Shown piece after piece: positions 38,756-52,044 of a stretch of 64,000 bases of DNA. The first letter of the stretch is position 1. Every line of letters begins with the position of its first letter. The notes below the pieces were generated by a model. That model was given only the letters and a program-made list of their open reading frames with translations, did not search any database and had not been told where the DNA came from. The translations under genes were made by a program, and so were the position numbers. The stretch comes from Candidatus Hydrogenedentota bacterium (lineage in GTDB: Bacteria; Hydrogenedentota; Hydrogenedentia; Hydrogenedentales; SLHB01): assembly GCA_045863295.1 (NCBI GenBank), contig BTWA01000007.1:151709-215708 (forward strand), given 5' to 3'.

Positions 38756-40315
38756 TCAAAACGAAATCGAAGTCAGAAACGTCACTGATACAGCGTCATC
38801 GCTTCCAGTCCCTCCAATGAATCGTGTGCCGTTTTCATCGAAGAACACTCCATCCTCAAATGCATCGCCCACAAAGTAGTAAACGAGTTGCATGGAAAAA
38901 GTCAGATCTTCAGAATACCGGTATTCCGGCGCAAACATGATTTCAACACCGAGTTCATCCGATCCCTCTTCGGTCAAGAAGGGCAATGCTGGCGCGACGG
39001 GTATCCGAAAGTCGCCAACCTGCGCATACGCCGGTGCGTCAAACGGCTCCACGACTTCGTGGTAGAGTACATCCAGGCTTGCGCTTAATCGGTCGGTCAG
39101 CGCCAATTCAATACCTGCCCTAATCAACCAATAGTTGCTCAATGCGGAATAGTCCAGGAAGTGCGTCGCCCGATACGAAGAGAAAAGCCGGTTGAATGCG
39201 ACACTCGCGTCTGAACGGTCAAACGGATTCAACCAATCGTCCGCGCCCAAGTCACGGTAGTCTTTCGCGCCAAAATAATGGCCCCCAAAGTAAACACGCG
39301 GCGAATACCGATTTTCAAACTGATATCCCAGTTCAAACACGCCGCCCCATGTATCGAATTCTGCTTCGTTATCGCCATAGACGCCGAAAGGCCTGAACGT
39401 GGCCCCTAGGGCGTCGGCCTCGCCCCATTGGTAAGCCGCTTCGAACCGATAGTCGATACTCCGCCACGCTCCTGCCACCCGAACACCCGCCGTATGCAGC
39501 GCCGAAGGATCATAGTCATCCAGTCCCAACACATCTTCGAGTTGTTCCAACGGCGCCGTGAACTGGGTGTCGTTCACCCGGGCTGCATCTCTCAAAAACA
39601 GATAGTAGAGGTCCAGCGTTAGCGCGGGCGAAATATCGAAAGACGAATAGGCGCCGAAAAACGACGCATCGCCGTCCTGTTCTCTTCCGCCACTCTCCGA
39701 AAGTTGCGACGCCCATACATCCACCGTCGCGATGCCCCATTCATAGGTCAGGCGTATTGCGTCAAACGACGTTTCGGTGAATGGGTCCGGATCGGGATTG
39801 CTCCCTACCAGCCATTCGTCTCCGAAGGCAAGCACCTGACGGCCTATTCGCAACGTCAAGGGATGACCCAACACTTCGCGGGCCTCAATGTAGGATTGAA
39901 ATATCTCCGGGTTGCCCTCATTGAACAAAGCCCTTGTATCGGCTCCCGTACGCCAGTCAGAACGGAAATCCTCGCCCCACGTCCAGACGCTGTCCAATTC
40001 CACGAATGCCGAAATATCACGGGTAAAATCGGCGCGCACATAAAGCTTGGTGCGTTGCTCGATGAACGTCGTCGCGTTCGCGTCTCCGTCATTGTCGACG
40101 TATGTGCTCGTGCCATTGTTGCCAATGGGCCGCCAGTCCAAAAGGAAGTTGGGCCATACCACGTAATCCTGATCGGAAAAGAAACCGGAATAGTAGGCCC
40201 CATAGATTTCAATGGCCCCGCCGGTCTCGATGTTTCGCAGTTCGCCCTTGGCATTGGTCGTCAGCAACCCCGCGCATACCACGAGGAGGAGTCGTAACTG
40301 TACTGACTTTCGCAT
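38756..40315 (-). CDS. Alginate export family outer-membrane beta-barrel protein
   Basis: EQRTKLYVRADFT, QSYIE, LRIGRQVLAFGDEWLVG, SFDAIRL; C-terminal Phe. Confidence 0.8.
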   Translation of the reverse strand: MRKSVQLRLLLVVCAGLLTTNAKGELRNIETGGAIEIYGAYYSGFFSDQDYVVWPNFLLDWRPIGNNGTSTYVDNDGDANATTFIEQRTKLYVRADFTRDISAFVELDSVWTWGEDFRSDWRTGADTRALFNEGNPEIFQSYIEAREVLGHPLTLRIGRQVLAFGDEWLVGSNPDPDPFTETSFDAIRLTYEWGIATVDVWASQLSESGGREQDGDASFFGAYSSFDISPALTLDLYYLFLRDAARVNDTQFTAPLEQLEDVLGLDDYDPSALHTAGVRVAGAWRSIDYRFEAAYQWGEADALGATFRPFGVYGDNEAEFDTWGGVFELGYQFENRYSPRVYFGGHYFGAKDYRDLGADDWLNPFDRSDASVAFNRLFSSYRATHFLDYSALSNYWLIRAGIELALTDRLSASLDVLYHEVVEPFDAPAYAQVGDFRIPVAPALPFLTEEGSDELGVEIMFAPEYRYSEDLTFSMQLVYYFVGDAFEDGVFFDENGTRFIGGTGSDDAVSVTFLTSISF

Positions 40316-40498
40316 GGAAATCCCTTGAGTTTCTCGTCCCGCCCAAACCCTGCGTGACAAATAATATCAGGCAATACACAAATTAGCAACTGTTAACTAT
40401 ATGCGTGCCAGTTTTCCACTTCATGGCCCTTTTGCCGGCCGGTCGCACCTGCCATACTGGATCAATCAAACCAGCGGCAAATGCCAAGGACTGCCTGA

Positions 40499-41800
40499 AT
40501 GAGTATGTACGCAACCGGACTTACGGACCCCAGGGCCATATTTGAGAGCGCACAAGCCGCGTTTTCCGAAAATCTCATGCCGTTCTGGGCCAACAATGCG
40601 TGGGACGAACAGTACGGAGGATTTCTTACCCGCCTTGATCGACAAGGCCATCGCCTGGAAGATCACGAAAAAATTCTTATCATGCAGGCCCGAATGATCG
40701 CCAGCCTGTCGTTTGCACACGGTCACGGCATTCAACACCGTGGCTATCTCGAACTCGCCGGCCGCGGCTTCGACTTTCTGGTTCAAAATTTTTGGGATCG
40801 GGAAACCGGTGGATTCCATTTCTCGGTCGATAGGCAAGGTATTCCGCTGTGCACACGCAAGAACACCGATTTTCACGCCTATACCTTGATCGGTCTGGCA
40901 GAGTACTACCGTGTTTCTCAGCGGCCCGAAGCACTTGATTGGTGTCATCGTGTCTTCGACGTCCTGACGCATAAGGCGGCCGACGGGGAGTGGGGGTATG
41001 TCGAGGACTTCGATGGGGCGGAATGGGATCCCCTGAATGCCGATCAGATGAATCTGGAAGGTCAACGCTTCGTAAAGACGATCGACATGCACACCAACAT
41101 CATGGAGGCACTCACCTATCTTGCCCGCATTACCCGTGATCCCGATCATCTGACGGCTCTTCGCCGAGTCGTGGAATTAGTTGTTGCGAAAGGATTGGAC
41201 CCCGACTACGGGGGGAGCATAACCGTATTTGATCGCGAATGGCACCCCTTGAAGGACGCACTGGGAAATGCGACGACCTCGTACGGGATCAACGTGGAGA
41301 TTGCGTGGCTGCTGGGCGAGGCAGCCTCGGTTCTCGGTGAGCCGTGGGACATTTACCGGCGTCCCATAGTCACGCTGATTGACCACGCCCTGATTTACGG
41401 ATTCGACCATGAACGCGGAGGACTAGCCAATTATGGCCCTATGCAAGGCCATGTGCTTGCCGCTACCCATTTGCCGGCCAATCGACTGATCAAACCTTGG
41501 TGGACTCAGGCCGAAATGATGAACGCACTTATGGATGCCTATATCGTGACCCGCAATCCAAAGTACTGGCAAGCCTTTACCAAACTGGTTGGATGGATCT
41601 GGAACCACCAGATTGATCACCAGTACGGAGACTGGTACATGGAGACCGATTGGCACACCGGCCAGCCCACCTCTACAGACAAAGGTGGCGAATGGAAGAC
41701 CGCGTTTCACGCAGGCCGTGCGCTTGTTCGAACCACGCAGACCTTGGCGCGCCTATTGCGGGAATCACGCGCCGATTCGCTACAATCGCCTCCACTATGA
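40499..41800 (+). CDS. AGE-family epimerase (cellobiose 2-epimerase-like)
   Basis: PFW...D-QYGGF, QARM, MHTNIMEA, SYGINVE-AWL, WWTQAE, WKTAFHAGR. Confidence 0.85.
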   Translation: MSMYATGLTDPRAIFESAQAAFSENLMPFWANNAWDEQYGGFLTRLDRQGHRLEDHEKILIMQARMIASLSFAHGHGIQHRGYLELAGRGFDFLVQNFWDRETGGFHFSVDRQGIPLCTRKNTDFHAYTLIGLAEYYRVSQRPEALDWCHRVFDVLTHKAADGEWGYVEDFDGAEWDPLNADQMNLEGQRFVKTIDMHTNIMEALTYLARITRDPDHLTALRRVVELVVAKGLDPDYGGSITVFDREWHPLKDALGNATTSYGINVEIAWLLGEAASVLGEPWDIYRRPIVTLIDHALIYGFDHERGGLANYGPMQGHVLAATHLPANRLIKPWWTQAEMMNALMDAYIVTRNPKYWQAFTKLVGWIWNHQIDHQYGDWYMETDWHTGQPTSTDKGGEWKTAFHAGRALVRTTQTLARLLRESRADSLQSPPL

Positions 41801-42129
41801 GCAAAAAAGCCCCCAAGCACGTCGGCGATATCCTCGATAAGCTCAAGAAATCCACTGCTTTGGGTGAAAATCTTGAGCAGGCGCGCATCTGGGAGCGCTG
41901 GCCCGAACTTGCCGGCGCGCGGCTGGCCCCCCATGGACAGCCTCGAAGTGTCCGCGACAAAACACTTTACGTCGATGCCGAAAGTCCCGTTTGGGCGAAT
42001 AGGTTTGCGTATGCCAAGTGGGACATCATTCGTCGTGTCAACCGTTTGGCCGGACGAGAATTGATCAACGAAGTATTCGTCGCGCTTATTGCGGAAGAAG
42101 ACACCCCGCCAGCACAACATGACGTATAG
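41797..42129 (+). CDS. DUF721 / DciA family protein
   Basis: WERWPELAG...LYVDAESPVWA; classic position just upstream of gyrB. Confidence 0.8.
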   Translation: MSKKAPKHVGDILDKLKKSTALGENLEQARIWERWPELAGARLAPHGQPRSVRDKTLYVDAESPVWANRFAYAKWDIIRRVNRLAGRELINEVFVALIAEEDTPPAQHDV

Positions 42130-42166
42130 CCACCCGTCATAAAGCTCAAAATATTGCGCACTTACG

Positions 42167-42195
42167 TTGTTTTTTTATGCCCAATTTGCTACAAT
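42167..42195 (+). promoter_or_regulatory. gyrB promoter (TTGTTT-N17-TACAAT, extended TG)
   Basis: TGcTACAAT at 42187-42195 in an AT-rich spacer. Confidence 0.55.
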
Positions 42196-42197
42196 GA

Positions 42198-44717
<2,520 letters not shown>

Positions 44718-44783
44718 TTTATTGCGGAACCCGCGAGCCCGGCTTGATTCCGAAGGCCGCCTGCGAAACCGGTAACGAGGACC

Positions 44784-47300
44784 ATGGAAACTAAAGACGA
44801 ACGCATACTGCCCATAGCCATCGAACAGGAAATGAAGACTTCATTCCTGGACTATTCCATGAGCGTGATAGTCAGCCGTGCACTACCCGATGTGCGGGAT
44901 GGATTAAAACCGGTTCACCGCCGCATCCTAACCGTGATGAACGATCTGGGTCTGCGCAGCAACCGGGCATACCGCAAATGCGCGGCCATCGTCGGCGACA
45001 CGCTGGGCGGTTACCATCCCCATGGCGATCAATCCGTGTACGATGCCCTCGTACGGCTGGCGCAACCCTGGAATCTGCGCTATCCCCTGGTCGATGGCCA
45101 GGGTAACTTCGGCTCCATCGACGGCGACAGCGCGGCGGCCTATCGGTATACCGAAGCCCGCATGACCTCCGCCGCGGAAGAAATGTTGGCGGATCTGGAG
45201 CGGGGCACCGTCAACACTCAGCCAACCTATGACGATCGTAAACAGGAACCCACGGTGCTTCCGTCGGGCATTCCCAATCTGCTGGTCAATGGATCAACGG
45301 GCATTGCCGTGGGTATGGCCACCAACTGCCCTCCGCACAATCTGCGCGAAGTCTGCGATGCCGTGGTGCATCTTATCGATAATCCAGAAGCCCACGTACG
45401 GGATCTGATGCGGTTTGTAAAAGGTCCCGATTTTCCCACCGGCGGCATCATATACGGTACGGAAGGGCTGCTGGCCGCATACAGCACCGGCCGTGGCAAA
45501 GTGCGCGTGCGTGCCCGCGTAGCGTTCGAACATGACAAGAGCAACGGCAAGGACAGCATCATCGTTACCGAGATTCCATATCAGGTGAACAAAGGCCGTC
45601 TCATTGAAAACATCGCTGCTCTTGTACGTGCAAAGGAAATTGAAGGCATTACGGATCTGCGCGACGAATCCGACCGCGACGGTATGCGTATCGTAATTGA
45701 AATCCGTAAGGGCGACGAGCCGCAGGTGATTCTGAACCAACTTTTCAAGCAGACGCAGCTTCAAGATACATTTAGCATTATCATGCTTGCGCTCGTGAAC
45801 AACATACCGCGCGTGCTGTCCCTGAAAGAGATGGTCGGCTTTTTCATCGAACACCGCATCGAAATCGTGCGGCGCCGGACCGAGTTTCTTTTGGCTGAAG
45901 CAGAGGCAAGGGCGCACATCGTCGAAGGTCTGCTCAAGGCAATTGATCATATCGATGAAGTCATTGCGATCATTCGCAGTTCCGCGGATACAGACACGGC
46001 CAAGGTAAATCTTATGAAAACGTTCGGGTTTTCGGATTTACAGGCCGACGCCATTCTGGCCATGCGACTGCGCCGTTTGACGGGGCTCGAGCGGGAAGAG
46101 CTCGAAAACGAATACGCCGAGCTTCTGAAGAAGATCGAAATGTATAAGCGTATCTTGTCTGGCCGGGGCACACTGCTCGCTGAAGTGCGTAAAGAAATTC
46201 TCGACGTAAAGGAAAAATACGGCGATGATCGCCGCACGCACCTGCTGAATGACGATGGCGAATTCACCATTGAAGATTTAATCGCCGACGAAGAAATGGT
46301 CGTCACCGTCACCAACGGGGGGTATATCAAGCGTACGCCCGTGGCCGCCTATCGCAAACAACGGCGCGGCGGCAAGGGTGTTAGCGGAATGAATACCAAG
46401 GAAGAGGATTTCGTAAAGGATCTCTTCATTGCCTCGGCCCACCAATATCTCCTCTTCTTCAGCAGCAAGGGACGGGTCTATTGGCGCAAAGTGCACGAAT
46501 TGCCGAAGCAAAGCCGCGCAGCGCGCGGACGTGCCATCGTAAATGTGTTGAGTCTCGACGGCGCAGAGTTTATCACTGCCTGCCTTCCGGTCTACGACCT
46601 CAAGGAAGAGGGCAAGATGGTGTTTATGGTCACCTCGCAAGGGGTGGTAAAAAAGACACCGCTGATGGCCTTCAGTAACCCGCGAACGGCCGGTATCATT
46701 GCGCTAGAGCTTGATGGCGGCGATGAACTCATCGACGTACAGATTACCTCGGGAGAAGATAACATCCTGATCGCGACGTATTCGGGCATGTCCATTCGAT
46801 TCCCTGAAAAAGATGTACGACCAATGGGCCGCACAGCGCGGGGCGTCATTGGCATCCGGCTGGAAAAGAACGATCGTGTAGTCGGCATGTCCATAGCCGC
46901 TGATGAGTCAACCGTACTTTGTGTGACCGAAAATGGATTCGGAAAACGTACTCAGGTCAGTGAATACCGGTTGCAGCATCGAGGCGGTTCCGGGATCATC
47001 AATATTAAGACCACGGAGCGCAATGGGAACGTGGTGGGAATGTTGACCGTCGATAATGATGATGACATTGTCTTGGTAGCTACCGATGGGCAGACTATTC
47101 GCGCCGGGGTCAAAGACATTCGTGTCATTGGCCGAAATACCCAAGGCGTCAAGCTCATGACTCTTCCCGAGGGTGCAAAAGTCAGTGCCGTTGGCAAGGC
47201 AGTCGCCGAATCCAAGGAAGACGCAGTGACAGGACCCATCGGAGCAGTGGACGACATCGGTGACGATGATGGCGATGAGGAAGACGCGAGCGCGGAGTGA
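44784..47300 (+). CDS. gyrA: DNA gyrase subunit A
   Basis: RALPDVRDGLKPVHRR, YHPHGD, AAYRYTE; GyrA-box QRRGGKG; acidic tail. Confidence 0.98.
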   Translation: METKDERILPIAIEQEMKTSFLDYSMSVIVSRALPDVRDGLKPVHRRILTVMNDLGLRSNRAYRKCAAIVGDTLGGYHPHGDQSVYDALVRLAQPWNLRYPLVDGQGNFGSIDGDSAAAYRYTEARMTSAAEEMLADLERGTVNTQPTYDDRKQEPTVLPSGIPNLLVNGSTGIAVGMATNCPPHNLREVCDAVVHLIDNPEAHVRDLMRFVKGPDFPTGGIIYGTEGLLAAYSTGRGKVRVRARVAFEHDKSNGKDSIIVTEIPYQVNKGRLIENIAALVRAKEIEGITDLRDESDRDGMRIVIEIRKGDEPQVILNQLFKQTQLQDTFSIIMLALVNNIPRVLSLKEMVGFFIEHRIEIVRRRTEFLLAEAEARAHIVEGLLKAIDHIDEVIAIIRSSADTDTAKVNLMKTFGFSDLQADAILAMRLRRLTGLEREELENEYAELLKKIEMYKRILSGRGTLLAEVRKEILDVKEKYGDDRRTHLLNDDGEFTIEDLIADEEMVVTVTNGGYIKRTPVAAYRKQRRGGKGVSGMNTKEEDFVKDLFIASAHQYLLFFSSKGRVYWRKVHELPKQSRAARGRAIVNVLSLDGAEFITACLPVYDLKEEGKMVFMVTSQGVVKKTPLMAFSNPRTAGIIALELDGGDELIDVQITSGEDNILIATYSGMSIRFPEKDVRPMGRTARGVIGIRLEKNDRVVGMSIAADESTVLCVTENGFGKRTQVSEYRLQHRGGSGIINIKTTERNGNVVGMLTVDNDDDIVLVATDGQTIRAGVKDIRVIGRNTQGVKLMTLPEGAKVSAVGKAVAESKEDAVTGPIGAVDDIGDDDGDEEDASAE

Positions 47301-47538
47301 AAGGTGTAACACTTCAGACTCCGTGACCACGCTACGAACAATGCGTTGGATTCGTTATGCCCCGTTGCAGGACTGGGCGTCGAAGTCAGAGGTCGCGGAA
47401 GTAACGGAAAGAAGCAATGGTCAGGTCATCGCAAGTCGGTTGAGAAATTGCGTAGACCATGGATGGGAAGCAATGCAGAAATAGGCCAAGCTTGTTTCAC
47501 TCGGATGACTAAATCCCTGTCATGAGAGAGCCAATGAG

Positions 47539-48435
47539 TTAAATGGGCTTTTCCTCGTCGTATACAATTGGGAAGTTCTCGCCCTCAATAACCTCACCTT
47601 CCGGAATTGGCTTTGTGTGCACGAGTAAGGGCCGAGTCCCGTCTGCGCTGCGAGTCTCCGGATGCATATAATTCAAAACGACACCCCGCCGGGGCCGGTC
47701 AGAACCGTTGCCATACGATCCATGCAACGTCATGGAATGGTGAATTGAACACTCGCCCGCTTTCAGTTCCATCGGTACCTCGCTGAACTGCGCGCGTTGT
47801 TCGTCGGTCAGAATGTCCTTAATCGCCTCCATATTCTCCAACAACTGAAGCTTTGGCAAAAGCGGCCACCGGTGGCTTCCCGGCACGAAATGGATGCACC
47901 CATTCTCGACCGTCGTGTCGTCCAGGGCAATCCATACGGTAAGGTGCCGCTGCGGCACGGCACGAGTCCAATACGAGTAGTCCTGATGCCAAGCCACCAC
48001 ACCGGGATGACGGGCTGGCTTGTAGAAGACCTGGTCATGCCAAAATCGAACGCGTGGCGAGCCCAGCAATTGGCTTACCGGAATGGTGATCCGAGGGTGA
48101 AAAAGTACATCGTGAAACGCCTCGTCTATCAACCAGGCTCCCAGGAAGTGAAACACATTCTGATCCGGCGCCTTTTTCCACGCGTCGTCGACCTCGTACA
48201 ATTCTTCCAGCCGCTCGTTTTCGCCACTTCGAATCCGCTCCAGTCCTGTTCGCAATGCGGCAATTTGCTCGTCGTTCAACACCCTGGGGCATTTTACGAA
48301 GCCTTGGGCATGATACTGCGCGACTGACTCGTCGGTCAGGCGGAAGTCCGTCCGTTGAGCGTCCGTCCGCAGCGACTCAAACAGCCGGCCGGCAAAGCCA
48401 TGAATGGTTTTGTAAGGGATTGTGCTGGCCGACAT
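47539..48435 (-). CDS. Phytanoyl-CoA dioxygenase (PhyH) family protein
   Basis: WHQDYSYW, WIALDD--ENGC, PGSHRW, HGSYGN, RR. Confidence 0.88.
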   Translation of the reverse strand: MSASTIPYKTIHGFAGRLFESLRTDAQRTDFRLTDESVAQYHAQGFVKCPRVLNDEQIAALRTGLERIRSGENERLEELYEVDDAWKKAPDQNVFHFLGAWLIDEAFHDVLFHPRITIPVSQLLGSPRVRFWHDQVFYKPARHPGVVAWHQDYSYWTRAVPQRHLTVWIALDDTTVENGCIHFVPGSHRWPLLPKLQLLENMEAIKDILTDEQRAQFSEVPMELKAGECSIHHSMTLHGSYGNGSDRPRRGVVLNYMHPETRSADGTRPLLVHTKPIPEGEVIEGENFPIVYDEEKPI

Positions 48436-48535
48436 ATTCACGGTCTCCTGTTTTGTGTCTGAATTCGATGCCCGCCCGCCTGAAACGTCACATGCTGCCC
48501 CAAATCAAGCAAAGTATCAACGCGGACCATACGGA

Positions 48536-49924
48536 TCAACCTGTTTTGACATCTGCCACCAGACTCGAAAAGCTGCCCCGCTCAAATACGATGGCAGTCA
48601 GTATGAACCGGCTCGTGTGGCTCACCAGAATGGACAACCAGATAGTGCTCGTCGACAAGACGCCCATCCACTGGAATATCCAACAGAGGCCGAGCAGGAT
48701 GCCTATCTGCGTTACCATGGCGATTACCATGGGCTTAAACGTGTCCCCCGCACCAATCAAGCCCCCGGTTAATGCCAGCGATGCAACCAGAAAGACTCCC
48801 GAAATGCCCAAGTACCGCAACAAATCGCTGCCAAATACCATTACCTGATCGCTCGCATCAAACACGCTCAACAACAGTCCCGGCGCGAGCCAAAACACGC
48901 CGCCGCATAGTATCGCCCAAATGGCTCCCATCGCTGTGGCAATGTGAACTGACCGTCTCCCGCGCTCTATTTGTCCCGCGCCAATATTCTGGCCTATGAG
49001 CGTGGAGGCCGCACCTCGAAGGCCAAGTCCCGCCCACGTAACCATTGAAAACAATTGCGCGTAACAGATGGTGTAGGCAGCCTGCGCGGATTCGCCGCTC
49101 TCAAGTGATCCAATGAACCAGTAAAGCAAGATGCCGCCAATATTGAGCGCAACCGCGTGTCCGGCGGTGTAGATTCCGATTCGAGTTGTTTTCCTTAGTA
49201 TCTCCATATCAGGCAAAAACGCCCACTCGGCAGGGGGGCCCAATACCGCCTTGCGCGTCAGGATCAAGTAGAAGCCGAGGATCAGGCTGGGAATAGGGGC
49301 AAGACACGTGCCCAGCGCGGCGCCAGTCGTACCCATGGGCTCAAAAGGACCCGCCCCGGAAATGAGTATCGTGCTTATCAGAACGTTTAACAGCGTGGTC
49401 ATGGTTACCAAATACAGTGGCGTTCGAGAGTCGCCCGAGGACTGAAAAGCCATGCCAAGCATAAAATTGAATGACAACGTCAAGCCGCTAGTGAATAAGA
49501 TTCGAAGATAAGGCGTGGCGTGCATCTTGGTTTCCGCTGTCGCATTCATAATATCCATGATATGCGGAGCCAGTAGATAGCCGACGGGCGCGATAACCAG
49601 CAAGACCAGATACGTTGCTCCAAGAAAAGTATGGAAGAGAACACGATTCATGTTCTCGCGGTCCTGGGTGCCCGCATACTGCGCGATGTAAACCGCCATG
49701 CCGTGAAACAGCGACCCCAGCGTCACGAACACCACGAGAAACACCGTCCACGACATACCGATTGCCGCGTTTGCCGCGTCTCCCGGCACGTAATGCCCGA
49801 CCAGTATCTGGTCGATTATGCCATGCACCCCGTTAATGAGATTCATGAGCACGACCGGCCACGAGAATTTCCAGACCGAGGCCACGATATTGCCCGACAG
49901 CAAGTTCTGTTCAAAGGATTTCAT
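48536..49924 (-). CDS. MATE family efflux transporter
   Basis: About 12 TM helices; GDSRTPL, GAALGT, GQNIGAG, GAGDT. Confidence 0.9.
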   Translation of the reverse strand: MKSFEQNLLSGNIVASVWKFSWPVVLMNLINGVHGIIDQILVGHYVPGDAANAAIGMSWTVFLVVFVTLGSLFHGMAVYIAQYAGTQDRENMNRVLFHTFLGATYLVLLVIAPVGYLLAPHIMDIMNATAETKMHATPYLRILFTSGLTLSFNFMLGMAFQSSGDSRTPLYLVTMTTLLNVLISTILISGAGPFEPMGTTGAALGTCLAPIPSLILGFYLILTRKAVLGPPAEWAFLPDMEILRKTTRIGIYTAGHAVALNIGGILLYWFIGSLESGESAQAAYTICYAQLFSMVTWAGLGLRGAASTLIGQNIGAGQIERGRRSVHIATAMGAIWAILCGGVFWLAPGLLLSVFDASDQVMVFGSDLLRYLGISGVFLVASLALTGGLIGAGDTFKPMVIAMVTQIGILLGLCWIFQWMGVLSTSTIWLSILVSHTSRFILTAIVFERGSFSSLVADVKTG

Positions 49925-50104
49925 ATAGGACCTGACGTGGCTGTGACTCCGGGATCAACAAGGGGTTTGCCGCGCATGCACGCATCCCCATACTATATCA
50001 CAGGCGCGGATCGGATTCGAAAGGCAACGGCATCGCGTGATCAGTAACGGCGGAGATAGATTTTTCACCACACCAGATACACGGTATGCTACCATGCATC
50101 TCCA

Positions 50105-51721
50105 ATGGAGGCGCGCAATACCGTGAGAAGGCCAGCCGATCACGCGTTCAAGACCTTGCTGGTTGAGGATGACGAAATCTCCCGGATGCTTTTGCTGCGT
50201 GTGCTGCAATCCCGCGGCCATCAGGTGCACGCCTGTGGGGACGCCGAAAGCGCGATTGAATTGTGGAATTCAAACGCGTTCGAATGCATTCTACTGGATT
50301 GGGTCCTGCCGAAAATGAGCGGCGTCGAATTCTGCAGGTCCATCCGCAGGCACGCCAGCGGCGAGTTCCCAGTCATCCTGGTTATTACGGCGAGAGATAC
50401 TCCCAAAGACTTGCTTGAAGCGCTTGATGCCGGAGCCGACGACTATCTCGTAAAACCCACCGAACGCGACCTGTTGAACGTACGCCTTACCATCGCGGAA
50501 CGCAAAGCGCTTGAACGCATGGAATCCCGCCAGATGGAAGAAGCGAAGGCCCGGTTGGAAGATCAGGTCCGATATGCGCAAAAGCTCGAAAGCATGGGCA
50601 TACTGGCCGGCGGCATCGCACACGATTTCAACAATTTGTTGATGACCATTCTCGGCAATGCCAACCTTGCACAACTTGACCTCGAGGGAAACGACACCAT
50701 CCGGCGCTATTTAGAGACTATCGAAGAGACCGCGTTGCGGGCATCCACCCTTACTAATCAGTTGTTGGCCTATTCCGGCCGCGGCAAATTCACCGTTGTG
50801 CCCATCAATCTCAGCGACTCAATCCGAGATATGCAGCAGGTGCTTTCGACCGTCGTCAACAAGAAAGCCGTCGTGCACTACGAGCTTCACGGAAACTTGC
50901 CGCCCATTAGCGCAGATCTTTCCCAGATCAGACAAGTGCTCGTTAACCTCGCTGTAAACGCATCGGAAGCGATTGGCGATAGAAGTGGATACATCCGTAT
51001 TGAAACCGGCGTTATGGAAGCGGACCGCGAATACCTGACAGAACCGTACATGCTCGACACGGCCCACGAGGGCATGTACGTTTTTCTCGAAGTTACGGAT
51101 ACAGGAATTGGGATGGATGAAGACACTATGGACAGGATTTTCGACCCATTCTTTACGACTAAGTTCGTCGGTCGAGGTCTGGGGCTCGCCGCAGTGCTGG
51201 GAATTGTCCGCGGCCACAAAGGTGCCATTAAAGTCTCCAGTGATGCAGGTGTTGGATCGACGTTCCGGGTCCTGTTTCCCGTCATGCCGGATACCGAGGC
51301 GCAGCGACTCAAAAGCCGCGCCACACCCAAACCATCCAATTGGTCGGATAAAACGGTCCTCGTCGCAGACGACGAAGAGTCCGTACGCAGCATTACAAAG
51401 CTGATGCTTCAAAAGATGGGCTTTACCGTCCTGACTGCAAAGGACGGCATGGAAGCCTTGGATATTTTTAAACGGGAGTCGCAAAATCTCGACTTGGTCG
51501 TACTTGATGTCACCATGCCGCAACTTGACGGAGGAGAAGTACTGGCGGAAATCCGTCGGGCCAATGCCGACCTAAAGGTCATCTTGACCAGCGGCTACTC
51601 CGAATCCGAAGCCAAAGACCGATATGCCCATCTGCGTTTCTCCGGCTTTCTGCACAAGCCATACGGTAACAAGGACCTCGAGACTATGTTGATAACCGTA
51701 CTGGGGGCACGCTATACGTGA
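50105..51721 (+). CDS. Hybrid histidine kinase (REC-HisKA-HATPase-REC)
   Basis: LLVEDD receiver; AHDFNNLL; GRGLGLA; VLVADDE receiver. Confidence 0.92.
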   Translation: MEARNTVRRPADHAFKTLLVEDDEISRMLLLRVLQSRGHQVHACGDAESAIELWNSNAFECILLDWVLPKMSGVEFCRSIRRHASGEFPVILVITARDTPKDLLEALDAGADDYLVKPTERDLLNVRLTIAERKALERMESRQMEEAKARLEDQVRYAQKLESMGILAGGIAHDFNNLLMTILGNANLAQLDLEGNDTIRRYLETIEETALRASTLTNQLLAYSGRGKFTVVPINLSDSIRDMQQVLSTVVNKKAVVHYELHGNLPPISADLSQIRQVLVNLAVNASEAIGDRSGYIRIETGVMEADREYLTEPYMLDTAHEGMYVFLEVTDTGIGMDEDTMDRIFDPFFTTKFVGRGLGLAAVLGIVRGHKGAIKVSSDAGVGSTFRVLFPVMPDTEAQRLKSRATPKPSNWSDKTVLVADDEESVRSITKLMLQKMGFTVLTAKDGMEALDIFKRESQNLDLVVLDVTMPQLDGGEVLAEIRRANADLKVILTSGYSESEAKDRYAHLRFSGFLHKPYGNKDLETMLITVLGARYT

Positions 51722-52029
51722 GTCGCGACGACGTACATGCGTTGTTTGCATATGGCACATTGCTGGACCCTCCGGTCCAACGCGAACTCTTCGGGCGAAT
51801 AGTAGATGGGACTCCGGACACCTTGACTGGATTTAGCCGTACAACCGTCGAAGTGCAAGGAAGCGTCTACCCAGACTTGCGACCCAAACCCGGAGGACGA
51901 GTGGAAGGACGGGTGTTGCTTCTTACGACGGACGATCTGCACCGTGCGGATGCGTATGAGACCGACGCATACATACGGGAACAACTAATCCTGGAGAGCG
52001 GACGGGCCGCATGGGTCTATCATACGTGA
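51718..52029 (+). CDS. Gamma-glutamylcyclotransferase family protein
   Basis: LFAYGTL, VEG-VL, ADAYE, AWVY. Confidence 0.85.
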   Translation: MSRDDVHALFAYGTLLDPPVQRELFGRIVDGTPDTLTGFSRTTVEVQGSVYPDLRPKPGGRVEGRVLLLTTDDLHRADAYETDAYIREQLILESGRAAWVYHT

Positions 52030-52044
52030 ATCGGTGAGAAGTGT

